Notes: generated from the sequence alone by a model not told the origin. Counted from the stretch's first letter, positions 12,986 to 29,233 are shown. The stretch is DNA of 64,000 bases from Eledone cirrhosa (GCA_964016885.1 OZ024742.1:235724001-235788000), one strand, 5' to 3'. Numbers and translations are program-made.

Positions 12986-13541
12986 TCTATATATAATATA
13001 AAAGGTTGAAACTCCCATAATCCTTTTGAGAAACCTGGACCAGCCACGTCTGTGAAATGGCACACATTTAACAGTTGGGTGGGTGATGAACCATCTAGAT
13101 GTCACTATTCTTGGAGGCTATCATCAAGGAAAAAATGGATTTATTCCCAAGATTCCTCTCATCCCTTTCTCTACCGAGCTGCCATTCAAATTCTCAAGAC
13201 GTCAGTTCCTTGTTAGAGCTAGTTTTGCTAAGGCCATAAATAAAGCTCAGGATCAGAGTTTCAAAGTAATAGGATTGAATATGAGAGGATCGGTTTTAAC
13301 CATGGACAGTTATATGTAGGTTGTTCATGAATGGAGACCTAGAAATCTTCATATACTATGCACGAACGGTAAAACGAAGAAGCTGGTGTATCTGGAAGAT
13401 TTTTGACTGTTTTATTTTCTTTCACACACACCACGTCTTTTCACCAGTAAACCAGACAACGCATCCAATATAGTCATTTTCTTTTCTACCAGTCTTCTCT
13501 TATCATCTGTTTACCTGGGCGAAGCTGGGTACTTTAGCTAG
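12986..13541 (+). mobile_element. internally deleted Helitron retaining the PIF1 helicase C-terminus
   Basis: a|TC start; cctgggcgaagctggg hairpin then CTAG|t; peptide FIPKIPLIP..LPFKFSRRQF..FAKAINKAQDQS then HGQLYVGCS. Confidence 0.8.
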
Positions 13542-13604
13542 TACAATATAAACTAAAACATAATTTAATGGAAACTAAAATTTGCATGAAAAACTTTTGT
13601 TTCA

Positions 13605-13848
13605 AATCGTTGGAATATTGCCAAGAGGTGTACTCTTGCTTCGTAGACCTCGAAAAGGCATACGACTTCGTTTCACGGGACCAGCTGTGGTTCTATGAGA
13701 GTATGGGATCGATCGACGGCTTCTTGCTACCCTGATGCCTTAGTCTTTGTGTTCAAATAAATGGTGCTAAATCAAAACCATTCAATGTGGAAATCGGACT
13801 CCACCAAGAGTGGGCACTGTCATCTCTCCTGTTCATAATCTTCATGAC
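13605..13848 (+). pseudogene. RTE-type LINE reverse transcriptase fragment
   Basis: Hand translation CFVDLEKAYDFVSRDQLW ... SKPFNVEIGLHQEWALSSLLFIIFM (RT domains 3-4), frameshifted. Confidence 0.8.
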
Positions 13849-13860
13849 ATGTATGTATGT

Positions 13861-14484
13861 CGGGTCACTCTTGAGTGCTACTGGTAACATGTAATCCAGT
13901 ACAATCTGTCGCATGGTCGGCCCGTCGGCGACTAAACCGGTAACCCCACCAAGTTTACTTGGTGAGGAGGGTGATTTTGGACACCCTGCAGGACAAAAAA
14001 CAAAACCTGACAAAGGGCGGAAGAACTCATAAGAGTCAACGGCCATTCAAAAGTGTGTAAATATGTATATTCACATGTACATATGTATGTATATGTTTAT
14101 GTGTATATACATGGGTGCATGTGTGTGTATATGCGCGTGGACATAGAAATAGTTGGGCTGGACACCCGATCGCGCGGTTAAACCACTGGGAGTGAAGGAC
14201 CCCTAGCCTTTGTCAGGGCATTCTTCTAGAAGAAGGCAACTCAGGAAACTGGGATAACTCCGATATAAAACCTGCCGTTCATTAGTTACCGATGATATTG
14301 ATCTTTTCTTCTTTTCGGGTTATAGCTACTGTCGCTCAGAGAGTGGGATTGGCTCAGTACACAGTCTTTCCTCACTTTAAAAAATATCTTCACGCACAGG
14401 CATTGCATAGAATTAATAAATAATTATTAATAATGGTATATAGTGCAATGGTCATACTCGATAACGAGGGGGCAGCCATCATCA
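13861..14484 (+). mobile_element. non-autonomous RTE-derived element, subfamily A, (TGTA)n tail
   Basis: Copy of 7341-7874 with an extra internal segment. Confidence 0.7.
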
Positions 14485-14502
14485 TGTATGTATGTATGCA
14501 TG

Positions 14503-15063
14503 TTCTGGTTTTATAATTTTATACATTTTTACCAATGGAGAGTCAGTTTCTAACATATACACGAGACTCTTTCATTGGAATACAAACAACATCAACTAGG
14601 TAGATATGTTTGCATGTCTGCATGCATGCGTGTGTGTGCAGGTATGGATGTTATTGTGTGTGTGGATGTGTATGTTTTGAGTTATATGTTTGCATGTGTA
14701 TATACTTCGAATCTGTACATGTGAACATGCAGTTATTAGATGCAGAATTTTTGGAATGTTTTACATATTTTTACTGTTCCATTAATGGATTGTACTTGTA
14801 ATTTTCTAACTAGTTGTGTTCTTTCTGTTTCTGTGAAGCCCATCTTCTCAAGATTTGTACTGAAGCAGTTACTAACATAACCCAGTGCCCCAATAATCAC
14901 AGGTATAAATCTGAAGGTATAGTCAGGGTGGAGTATCTGCAGATTCCTCATTAGTTCTGCGTAGATATTCTCCTTTTCACTAATCTTTAATATTATATTG
15001 GCATCTGCTGGGCAGTTAATATCCACAACTGTGTATGTCCTCTTTGCCCGGCCCCATATCATT
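14503..15063 (-). mobile_element. 5'-truncated R4/Dong-like LINE in (TACA)n
   Basis: ORF 14736-15062 and the 3' UTR closely match the C-terminus and 3' UTR of 16367-20086; (TGTA)n on both sides. Confidence 0.85.
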
Positions 15064-15148
15064 TTGTATGTATGTATGTATGTATGTATGTATGTATGTA
15101 TGTATGTATGTGTATGTATGTATGTATGTATGTATGTATTATGTATGT

Positions 15149-15760
15149 GTCACCAGTTGGTGATACTGGTAACATGTATCCCAGTACAACCTGTCCCATG
15201 GTCGGGTCGTTGGCGACTAAACTGGCAACCCCACCAAGGTTTCTTGGTGAGGAGGGTGACTTTGGACATCCTGCAGGACTAAAAACAAAACCTGTCAAAG
15301 GGCAAAGGAGCTCTTTAGAGTCAATGGCCATCCAAAATCACTGGGAGAGATGACCCCTTAGCCTTTGTCAAGGCAGAATTCTAGGAGAAGGAAAACTCTG
15401 ATATAACACCTGCAACCCTGATGGTATCCAATGATGTTGACTTGTTCTTCTTTTTGGTAAATATTATCTTGGTTAAGAGAGTGGGACTGGCTTTGTGCAG
15501 TGCCTTTGCTCACTATAAAAGCTTCACGGCACAGGCATTGCTTTATATCTGGAGATCTCTGAACTCTCTGCACTTGTCGTCACATGGTACCATGGGCCCA
15601 GCACTATGTATCAATAATTGTCACAGGTGTAGTGTTTGTACCAGAGTTTTCAAGTCGCTGGCTGGACTAAAAAGTCACACTCGTTCAGCGCATTGGTAGG
15701 GGTTCTCCTACATGGATATAGAGTAGTGGCCGTACTCGAAAACGAGTTGGCAGCCACCAT
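15149..15760 (+). mobile_element. non-autonomous RTE-derived element, subfamily B (partial copies at 15809-15884 -, 16121-16308 + and 20175-20561 +)
   Basis: Shares 5' and 3' ends with subfamily A; keeps the C2H2 remnant [22 protein letters not shown]; (TGTA)n tail. Confidence 0.72.
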
Positions 15761-15933
15761 TATGTATGTATGTATGTATGTATGTATGTATGTATGTATG
15801 TATGTATGTTTAGTCGCCAACGACCCGACCATGACACAGGTTGTACTGGGATACATGTTACCAGTAGCACCAGCTGGTGACCTGATATATATATATATAT
15901 ATATACATATATACATACATATATATACATATG

Positions 15934-16023
<90 letters not shown>

Positions 16024-16366
16024 TCAGAAGATCCCGTTAAGGGTGAAATCAGCGACTCCCCGCTCAAACTCCAATCTGTTACTTTAATAAACATATATAT
16101 ATATATATATACATGCATATACTTGTCGTCACATGGTACCATGGGCCCAGCACTATGTGTCAATAATTGTCACAAGTGTAGTGTTTGTACCAGAGTTTTC
16201 AAATCGCTGGCTGGACTAAAAAGTCACACTCGTTTAGCACATCAGTAGGGGTTCTCCTACATGGATATAAAGTAGTGGCCGTACTCGAAAACGAGTTGGC
16301 AGCCACCATGTATGTATGTATGTATGTATGTATGTATGTATGTATGTATATATGTATGTATGTATG

Positions 16367-19300
16367 TTCTTCTGGTTTTATAATTTCACAAAGTTTTACC
16401 AATAGAGAGAGAGTCGGTTTCTAACATAGACACAAGACTCTCTCATTGGAATTTACACAACATCAACTAGGTAGATATGTATGTATGCATGCATGTGTAG
16501 ATATGGATGTTATTGTATGTGTGGATGTGTATGTTTTGAGTTGTATGTGTGCATGAGTATATGCTTTGTATCTGTACATGTGTAATTGCAGTTATTTGAT
16601 GCAACATTTTTGGAGTGTTTTACATATTTTTACTGTTCCATTAATGGATTGTACTTGTAATTTCCTAACTAGTTGTGTTCTTTCTGTTCCTGTGAAACCT
16701 AGCTTCTCAAGATTTATATTGAGGCAGTTACTAACATATCCCAGTGCCCCAATAATCACAGGCATAAATCTGAAGGTGTAATCAGGGTGGAGTATCTGCA
16801 GATTTCTCATCAGTTCTGCATAAATATTCTCCTTTTCACTAATCTTTGATATTATATTGGCATGTGCTGGGCAGCTAATTTCCACTACTGTGCATGTTTT
16901 CTTCTCCCTGTCCCATATCATAATATCTGGTCTGTTATGCCTGCATTTTATTGGGGTTTTTACTGGAACATTCCACCAGTACTCTTTCATATTATGTACA
17001 TGGATGTCTTCCACATTGTTGTAGCTTTTAATGTGTTTATTGTCGGAGCTATCTTTTTTACGAACTGCATTGTACAGTGTTTTGGCCACTACATCATGCC
17101 TCGTAGGTAGATAGTACCGCGATGACATCTTTGGATAGCTGCTGATGACATGGGTGATATCCTCGATGTTAGTTCTGCAGAGTCTGCACTTGTTATCACA
17201 TCTAGGTGTTTTGCCTGCATCCCTATCTCTTTTGTGAATCAGGTATTTCGTGCTAATCTCCTGTTCTTGGATTGCAAAAGCGTATCCATCAAAGTGGGAG
17301 CCAATATAGCGGTTGTTGGTCCAAGATAGACTACTTTCCTTATCTATATTACTCTCACTCTGGAGCTTCCTGGCAACATATCCATGCATGATTTTTGCTG
17401 ATAGGCATGCAGTTTTTCATCCATGGATTCACTGCGATACTGCTGAGCGACATCTCTGGGTGTGAGTTTTTGATTATCACACAGGGAATATCTTTCAAGG
17501 AGTTCCTTCCCAACTCTCATGATCTTATCTGTCTCATGCAGATAGACTTGCTCGAGAAGCGGGCTCCTACGCTTCGAGGTTCGTAGATGTTGTCGGAGAG
17601 ATATGATGCGACATTTAAATGTTGTCTGGACTGATGTTAGGCCTCTGCCTCCCTGCTTACGTTTCAAGTAAAGGCGGTCTATGTCACTGTTGATGTAGAA
17701 GTATCCGGTGTTGTTCAGTATTTTTCGAGTTCCAACATCAACTGCTCGGATTTCGTCTATCGTCCAATTGAGTATTCCAAACGTTGGTGTTAGGACAGGC
17801 ACAGCAAACACATTGTGAGCCACTGTTTTGTTTTGCGCAGAGAGTTCCGATGACCAGATCTTTCTTAATCGGGTGTAGTATTCCCTGGTTACGCGTTCTT
17901 TATTACATATACCATTATAGGATATGTTCTCATCTATCCCCAGGTATCTGTAGCAGTCCTCATCAGATATCGGTGAAACAGTTAGACCATTGATGACAAT
18001 GTTGCTAGATTGGGTTGTTGTTTTTCCCCGCTTTACAGTCATGTATGAGCATTTATCTTGGCCAAACTCCATTCCTATATCCTTTGAGAACGTTGTAACC
18101 CGGTCAAGATTTTTCTTCATCCCATCCATGTTCTTGGCATAGAGTTTCAGATCGTCCACAAAGAAGTTATGGGTTAGGTTCGTATTTCTGTCCTCCTGTG
18201 AGCCAATGATGTATCCCTCACATTTCTTGAGCAGAAAGGACAATGGGTTTAATGACAAGATGAACAATATCACAGAGAGACTGTCCCCCTGAAATATACC
18301 CCTGCAATATTTTATGTTATCAGTGAAAATAGAGTCCTCCCTCCCTGTCTTTAACCTTAGGATAGTAGCCCAAGAAGAAGACAGCCTCTCTATGGCTCTG
18401 ACAATAATGTCTGGGACTTTAGCAAGTTGGAGGGCCTCTATCATCCAAGAGTGGGGAACAGAATCGAAAGCTTTCTTGTAGTCCAGCCAGACTATAGCTA
18501 TATTCCTCCTAAGTTGTCGCACCTCCGACATCGCAGTTTTGTTGATTAGGAGTTGTTCAGCACATCCTCAAACCCTTTTCTTTCCAGCTGCTGGTTCATC
18601 TGTGATGATGTTATTATTTTCACAGTCATCTTGGAGGAATAGGTTCAGGCAGGCTGTATACATCTTATACATCAGGTTCTGGCATGCAATGGGTCAGTAG
18701 TTTTTTGCCAAGTGGGTGTCTTTGTTCTTGGGGACCAGTAACGTTTGTGCTAATGTCAACCATTCTGGTATAAGTGCTTCTCCCTTAAGAAGTTGTTGGT
18801 AGAGGTCAGTAAGATACCTCCGATAGAATATTAGTTTTTTGTACCAGTAGCCGACAATCATGTCTCTTCCTGGTGTTTTCTTATCTTGGAGTTTTCCTAT
18901 CACAGTCTCAAGGGTACCCTCACTTATTTCGTATGTTTTTGTTGTAGTGTAGGAGCAATAGTTCTTTCGGATTTCTCTTAGCCACACTGCATCTTGGTTG
19001 AAATTATTCTTTTCACCCCATATTTTTCTCCAAAAGGAATCTATGTCTTTCTGGGATGGGGCCTCAGTGACACTTATTATTTTGCCCTTCATATCTCTAT
19101 AGACTGATGTTTGGTTTCGTCTGAATCTTTTATTAAGCATTTTTCTCTCATCTACCTTGTTCTGGTTCTACTGTTACCAAACATCGTCTCTATTTTATTT
19201 TCACTCTTTGTTGGTGAGGAGTGAGGTTTTTTTGTGTTTGTTTGCATGTAAGGAGCATTGTCACATGTCCTATGTTTTTTCGTAGGTCAGCACTCTTTTT

Positions 19301-20086
19301 TTCTATTTTAGTTATATATGATGGCATTTTTGGTGGTGTTTTGTTCTTGTTAATATCTCTGCTATCACCAAGATAATGCTTCACTGTCATTGCTAAGGCA
19401 TATAAACAGGCGTTGATTTTCCAAAATGTTGGGGGTTTTATCCGTCGTAAATATTCATCCCCTATTTCGTCAATAACACGTAGTATTTCATTATTTGGTT
19501 TTTTGTTCACCATTGTCATTTTAACACGTTCAGCCAGAGAGATATTTATACATGAGTTAATTTCTCTCTGGAAGATTTCGTTGAGGGAAATTTTCAATTG
19601 TTTATACTTTTGATTATCATTATCGATAGTATTTTCCACAACAGTCGAGGTAGACTCGGATGGTATACGTGGTGTCACATTTATTCGATTATTATTATTA
19701 TTTCTTCGATTATTATTATTATCGATAGTGTTTTCCTCAGCATTCGAGGTAGACTTAGATGGTACAGGTGGTGTCAAGTTTCTTACAGGCATATTTGTTA
19801 AATTTTGATTACCTTCTTTGTTATTTGTCTTCGATACTTCCTTAATTTTTTTGTTGATGTTGTGTTCAGCCATGCTGTTTGTAGCAAATCCTTGTAAAAT
19901 GAATTATGTATTTAGTCGGATATCTCTACGAATTCGAATAAAAGGTGTCTTCAGAAGGGATAGTTAGAAGAATAACCAGTTATTCAACCTGGCTGTAGTT
20001 GTGGCATTACTGTCGGAGATAGTATTCATCTTAAATTTAATAAATAGTCTCCCACGCCAAAATATGCGACTGATCGCGTTGACTGA
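16367..20086 (-). mobile_element. near full-length R4/Dong-like non-LTR retrotransposon (RT + CCHC + restriction-like endonuclease)
   Basis: Single ORF region with 5' and 3' UTRs, flanked on both sides by (TACA)n. Confidence 0.88.
16592..19873 (-). pseudogene. RLE-LINE polyprotein broken into at least 4 ORF pieces by frameshifts/stops
   Basis: KTPGRD, WLDYKKAFDSVPH, GIFQGDSLS, FFVDDLKLY, YRYLG, GGRGL, CRLC..ITHVIS, RHD, RPDI..VVEISCP. Confidence 0.9.
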
Positions 20087-20855
20087 TGTATGTATGTATG
20101 TATGTATGTATGTATGTATGTATGTATGTATGTATGTATGTATGTATGTATGTATGTATGAATGTATGTATGTATGTCAAGGCAGAATTCTAGGAGAAGG
20201 AAAACTCTGATATAACACCTGAAACCCTGATGGTATCCAATGATGTTGACTTGTTCTTCTTTTTGGTAAATATCATCTTGGTTAAGAGAGTGGGACTGGC
20301 TTTGTGCAGTGCCTTTGCTCACTATAAAAGCTTCACGGCACAGGCATTGCTTTATCTCTGGAGATCTCTCTGCACTTGTCGTCACATGGTACCATGGGCC
20401 CAGCACTATGTGTCAATAATTGTCACAAGTGTAGTGTTTGTACCAGAGTTTTCAAGTCGCTGGCTGAACTAAAAAGTCACACTCGTTCAGCGCATCGGTA
20501 GGGGTTCTTCTACATGGATATAAAGTAGTGGCCGTACTCGAAAACGAGTTGGCAGCCACCATGTATGTATGTATGTATGTATGTATGTATGTATGTATGT
20601 ATGTATGTATGTATGTATGTATGTATCTGTGTGTGTGAAATTTAAAATGGGTGTGGCCCAAAGCAAATGACCATAATAATAGTCAATCAATATAAATAAA
20701 AAGTTAGAAAATCGGGTAAAGTACACAAAGTTACGGAAAAGAGTGGGCAGAGTCATCAGACAAGACTTGTCAGGAATGATGATGGCAAACATAAGGAAAA
20801 TATTAATCTCTACTATGGCATTACATACTCATTCTGGTGATCGTCGGTACTAAGC

Positions 20856-20908
<53 letters not shown>

Positions 20909-21214
20909 AAGAGTGAGAGAGAGAAGAGGCGAGAGAGAAGAGAAGCTGAGGATAGTAATATATATAGTACTCTGCAATCTGCTCATCATCAGAACAGTTT
21001 ATAAAAGTTTAGTTGTACAGGTTTATGGGAGACTGTTCAGTATAATGACATGGTTACACTTTCAAGACAACAGACAACAGATATGAATACTTTATCATAG
21101 TAGCTCAATCAGATAACTACAGGGATGGCTGTAAATATATAAAAAAATATATTATATTAAACATATATGCAAGCTCAATAGACATTATCTAGAGCCATAA
21201 TAATTAAATGAAAA

Positions 21215-21285
<71 letters not shown>

Positions 21286-21314
21286 GTTATGTAATAAACA
21301 ACATAAGATAATTA

Positions 21315-21387
21315 TTTCATTTACCAAAGGTTTCACGAAGACAGACGAGCCTGGCACAGACGTCTGACTTCAATCGTCAGAATGAAA
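21315..21387 (-). ncRNA. type I hammerhead
   Basis: minus strand: tttcatt-CTGACGA-long stem II-GAAA-cctttgg-TA-aatgaaa. Confidence 0.7.
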
Positions 21388-21522
21388 TTTTATTTAAATA
21401 AAATGTCTTCGTGAAACCTTTGGTAAATGAAATAATTATCTTATGTTGCTTATTACATAACTAAAAAGTTCTGTAGCCTACTTAGAGCATCCTCTTTTCC
21501 TTTACCTTTCCTACGGAAACTC

Positions 21523-21563
<41 letters not shown>

Positions 21564-22160
21564 TATCGCTACTCCCATTGTTACTTAAACTAATTTAGGT
21601 AGAGTTGTTAATTTTGAGGCTCTTGTGAGCTATTTCTAGCTTTCCTCTTGACCTCTATGTCTTTGACGTCGTACCGACTATATCTTTATGCTGAAAGCAT
21701 GTGGATTTATAATATAAGGTTGTTTTTTTTGTGGTGGTGGTGGTGGTGGTGGGGGTGGGGGTGGGGGGTGACATAGAGTTTTGTTGTTGTCTAGACGTTT
21801 GCTACAAACAAGATAATTTATCTGAATTTCTTGAAAAAGCATTAAGAATATTTATAACACTTAGACTTACTGATGTGTAATGACCGTCTTAATTTACTAA
21901 TTAACGACTTTAATTATGGTAATTGGAATATTCTTGGGTCATTCGAAACCATGGCTGAAGCAATTATGTAAGTAAAATTATGTTTAAATGTACTTTTTGC
22001 TTACAATACTAAGGTTTAATATACTATATGATTATTCCTAAATATAATTTGTGTAAATGAAGCTCTGTAAATATGATTTTTTGCCCATATAGGCATTGAG
22101 CTATTTATGACGTAATATTATTGAAATAATTTTATTTTGATCTATATTTATGATATACAT

Positions 22161-22202
<42 letters not shown>

Positions 22203-22294
22203 GTAAATATGATAATAATGGAGCTGCAGCGTTGCAAATGGGTTACATATGAAAAAGTAAGTCCTTCATTAGTGGCCTTCCAACCGTCCTAGGC

Positions 22295-22331
<37 letters not shown>

Positions 22332-22562
22332 TTCAACCATTTATATTTTATATATTTTTATATTTGTATATCTGTTTGACCCGAATTGGGCGATCGAATT
22401 TTCGCTGTGCGGATGATTAGTTTAACCACCATCTCAGTGTGTTTGGCCTTTAACGTAAGTTGTAAGCTCTAATTCATATGAATTATCGAGCGCTTGCCAC
22501 ACAACTCGGAAGTGATTTTCGTTAATTCCTGAGCTGAAATTCGATTCTCGCTAATTTTTACT

Positions 22563-22635
<73 letters not shown>

Positions 22636-22639
<4 letters not shown>

Positions 22640-23320
22640 GGAAAAAATGAAACGAAATTTTATTTCTCACTCTTAGTGCGGCTGTTACTTAAATACAAGT
22701 ATGTATACGTACATACATATATGTATACAGACGTACAGTAGTATGTATATATATATATACATACATGCACACATATATATATGTACGTATGGATTCACCG
22801 AACATTTATTATAATGCTCGGTGTGTTTGTAAACAAACATCCCGAATTAAGCCGTACAGTGTCTAGCAACCATCGTTGCTCATTTGTTCAACACTGACAA
22901 AGGAACGCTGTACTAGTTTCTAGCTTATTAGCTAATGAAATTTCGTTTCATTTTTCCGTTTATCGTTTTCGGTATCTCGGCCGATTAACTCACTCGATAT
23001 GCAAATTAGGCTGCTCAGCCATTGATATGCATAAGGAAAGTATATACTTTCAGACGTTCAATCATCTGGCAGGAAGGTATACGATGCTGACGATAGCTAA
23101 TAAGCTTGAAACTAGTACAGCGTTCCTTTGTCAGTGTTGAACAAATGAGCAACGATGGTTGCTTGACACTGTACGGCTTAATTCGGGATGTTTGTTTACA
23201 AACACACCGAGCATTATAATAAATGTTCGGTGAATCCATACGTACATATGTGTGCATGTATGTATATATATATACATACTACTGTACGTCTGTATACATA
23301 TATGTATGTACGTATACATA

Positions 23321-23325
<5 letters not shown>
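22636..23325. mobile_element. about 420-bp-unit HHR element, inverted arrangement
   Basis: Same family as 3505-4422; acgatg-CTGACGA-t-agct(aata)agct-t-GAAA-ctag-TA-cagcgt at 23081-23123. Confidence 0.8.
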
Positions 23326-23358
<33 letters not shown>

Positions 23359-23462
23359 CACACACATATATATACATATATGTATATATATCTATCTATC
23401 TATGTATCTATCTATATATATATATATATATATATACATATATGTATATATATATGTATATA

Positions 23463-25500
<2,038 letters not shown>

Positions 25501-25929
25501 ATTTTGATAACATTGAGGTTAACTTTGCCTTTCATCCTTACGGGGTCGATAAAATAAAGTACCAGTAATGTACTGGTAATTGGTGGCCTTGTGCCAAAAG
25601 TAGAAACAATTACTTATACCTATGCATAAATTGGATGATATTACGTATTTGTATGTATGGATTTACAATGCCTATAACGCCTTTAAAAAAAAGTTCAACA
25701 AACATCAAAAATATATTCAAAAATATTATTAAAAACATCACAAAAAACCCCTCACAAAACACGGCGAAGACATATAAAATGTAATTAGGTAAGATATAGA
25801 GGCTATATATAAGTTTTTTCTATAGATTATAGATACTTCTAAAAATCTTGGAGTGTCGATGCATACAAGAATGAAATAATTCTTTCGTTTTGTTTATAGC
25901 ATTTTTTGATTGGTAATTAAATAGCTCAT

Positions 25930-26017
<88 letters not shown>

Positions 26018-26110
26018 TATACATATGCAATGAGTTATTTAATTACCAATAAAAAAAAATGCTATAAACAAAACGAAAGAATTATTTATATATATATATA
26101 TATGTATATA

Positions 26111-26181
<71 letters not shown>

Positions 26182-26284
26182 CTAAAGAATGAAACATTTC
26201 TAGTCCTGTAGAATCTCATCTATATTAAAACCTTTATACTCTGCAATGTATTGAGTGGTTACCTCCGATTCAACCCGGAATAAC

Positions 26285-26350
<66 letters not shown>

Positions 26351-26680
26351 AGACATTAGTTTACGAAGGTCACCGAATTTACTTCAGCGAGCTCCGGCCA
26401 CTACTCACTCACTGAATGAACAAATAGGTTTGCAAGTGAGAAATTGCAAAGAAATTGTCAGAGTGCACACTAATAGTTAAGTAAGATGGCCGAGCTTGTA
26501 TAATGATACTGTCATATCAAAATCCTCGACGGTACCTTTCTGCGCAGCATTCTACCTAAAACAGTTATTGTTAAAAGTGTTATATGTAGAGACAGAGTTA
26601 CAAATATGAAATCGAACAACCAATATAAAAAAGAAATTTAATTTAAACAGGAAGCAAGCCAGCCAAACTAGGAGAAAGAA

Positions 26681-26780
<100 letters not shown>

Positions 26781-27477
26781 TATTCATGTTAATGTAATAT
26801 TTTTAGTCTATGTTTTGAAGTTAAATTTATAGGGTCACCTCTTACATGAGTGTTACTTTTGAAGGGCTAATATTCCCACTACAATCCCAAATACCATATC
26901 CACCATAAACAGGCGCCAAAATGGAATACAAATGAATAAAAAATAACAACAATATATTACTGTAATAATACCTATCTTTCTACTCATCAAAATGCACTTT
27001 CTACAAATATATAAATAAAACCACATAGCTTTTATATTATCTCTAGCTCCTATATTTCCTGTTGCTCATATATTTCCTGTTGCTCTTATAATATTTCCTG
27101 TTGCTCCTATATTTCTTCTAGCTCTTTACATTACACTCAGCCAACTACCCAAATAAAATAGCAACACTCATAATTGCCGTGTATTTCTTTTCTGATAAAA
27201 AGATTAGTAAAGCTTTGAAATTCATAAGTCACACTAACTAATGTAGCTGAGAGATATCATCAACAGTTGCATGACCAATCGAGCAAAGCGTTAATGTAAA
27301 ATAGAAGGTCGTTTCCATTCAATAACCTAATAAATGTTTGCCTAGCTGTGACGCGATTAGCAACTGTTTGCACGAAACAGAAATGAAATATTTTCCAAGA
27401 AATACATGCACACCACTACTTCATTCAGTAGCAATCGTTTCTGTAGATTTAGTGTAACTACCGGTGTTTATAATCAT

Positions 27478-27664
27478 AATTGTTTCTACTTTTGGCACAA
27501 GGCCAGCAATTACCCAGTGTATTACTGGTACTTTATTTTATCGACCCCGTAAGGATGAAAGGCAAAGTTAACCTCGACGGGATTTGAACTCAGAATGGCA
27601 AGGGCCGTAACTCAATGCGTCAAAGCATGGCGTCCGACCCTCTACAGATACTGCCAATCCACCG
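27478..27664 (-). mobile_element. tRNA-derived SINE (partial + copy at 25516-25612)
   Basis: Matches the SINE consensus. Confidence 0.8.
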
Positions 27665-28180
27665 GTATTTCTAATCATAATGCAGCCTCAATGAAGTATT
27701 TAGCAGGACGTATATGTTGATGGGAGCTACAGAACATATAGTGTAGACAAATATATTTCCTCATCGTAACACTTATGTTCAAGGTAATACCTTCTTTTTT
27801 TGCTTACGCCCATTAATTCTTGAGAAGGATATGCCTTCCTGAGGGTCCTATCGGAAGTAACCATCATCAACTGATCAGAGTGGATCTCCAATCGATACCA
27901 ACTGGGAAGAATTAGGGTTGAGACATGCACGATTGTATACGGTATGTAGCTGACTGAACACACCTGCTTTTTTAAAAAAAAACAACAACATTCTTTCCGT
28001 TGTTTTTCAATTTTTCACTCTCCTCTATCTTTCTATTTCTTCTTTTATTTCTCATTCTAGCTTCTGATGAAAAGAATAGCGTCAGAAACGTTAAGACACT
28101 TTTCCTACTATATCAAGCATTAAACTAATATATAACTTTATTGTACTGTATTGTTTGCTTTGTTGTTTTCCGTTTACTTT

Positions 28181-28223
<43 letters not shown>

Positions 28224-28244
28224 GGTACATATGTACACACACAT

Positions 28245-28300
<56 letters not shown>

Positions 28301-28622
28301 ATACTTGGGGAGGGTCATATTTGAACCGATATAAAATACACAGAAGCGAAAACCAACCAAACAGTGAGTGTGTTCTGTTATTAATTCTGGCAATATTATT
28401 ACACAAATATGACCCTCCCCAAGTATAACAATATTTGTTTCGACACACGATTTCACATAAAAAACCTCGCAAAACTATATATATATATATATTATACACA
28501 GACACACATATATACACACATATATATATATGTATGTAAAAGGTAAACAGAAATAACAACACAATCGGTACAGTATATGGAAGGGATATATTAGGTTAAC
28601 GCTTGATATATCAGGAAGAGGG

Positions 28623-28658
28623 TCTTAACGTTTCGGACGCTTGTCCTTCTTCAGAAGA
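28623..28658 (-). ncRNA. minimal hammerhead (relatives at about 28061-28095 +, 33148-33185 + and 33459-33493 -)
   Basis: minus strand: tctt-CTGAAGA-aggac(aagc)gtcc-GAAA-cg-TT-aaga. Confidence 0.6.
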
Positions 28659-28819
28659 AAGAATGAGAAATAAAATAGATTAAGGGGACGGGCGGGATGG
28701 AATTAGAAAAAATGTCTTTAGATAAAAATAACAGGTCCATTCATGTTGACATCTCTTGCAAAACTGTTGGTGCTGGCGTTTTGTGTATGATTTGTTTTTT
28801 AGAAAAGTGGATGATCCTG

Positions 28820-29200
28820 TAAGGGTTAGCACTCAACCGGGGCATTGAAGGCAGGACCAACACGAAAAAAAAAAAAAATGACATGTGTAGTGCCAAAGGT
28901 CCGATCCGTCGCATGTAGAATAAGGACCACATACTGCAATAGCTTGAGATTCAAAGGACCCTAGCTTTTTAATAAGCTGCCAACAAATGTGAGAAATCTA
29001 CATGGTGAGCATGCAGATGTTTTCAGGAGACAACTCGAAATTCTGTTGACCAAGGTCCCGGATGAACCCACAGCACGAGGTGAAGCACAAATAAGGGCGG
29101 TAGCAACAAACTCCTTTTTGTATCAATGGCCAACCGGGGGGGGGGGGGGCTGTAAAACGTGTAGCAACAGTGGCGGTGCTCCAGCATGGCCTCAGTAATA
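28820..29200 (+). pseudogene. CR1-group LINE ORF2 C-terminal fragment
   Basis: NSLRFKGP*LFNKLPTNVRNL..VFRRQLEILLTKVPDEPT..ATNS resembles the FNxLP..FK..LD..VPDxP..NS tail of invertebrate CR1-group LINEs. Confidence 0.65.
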
Positions 29201-29233
29201 TGGAACACGTAATAGAGTAGCAGAGTAATATAT

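Noticed and set aside
19874-20086. Possible self-cleaving ribozyme in the R4-like 5' UTR
   Set aside because: A hairpin is present but I could not build an HDV or twister fold by hand
20984-20997. Isolated CTGATGA matches (here on the minus strand, also about 35117 and 8908)
   Set aside because: No correctly placed GAAA/UH with closing stems
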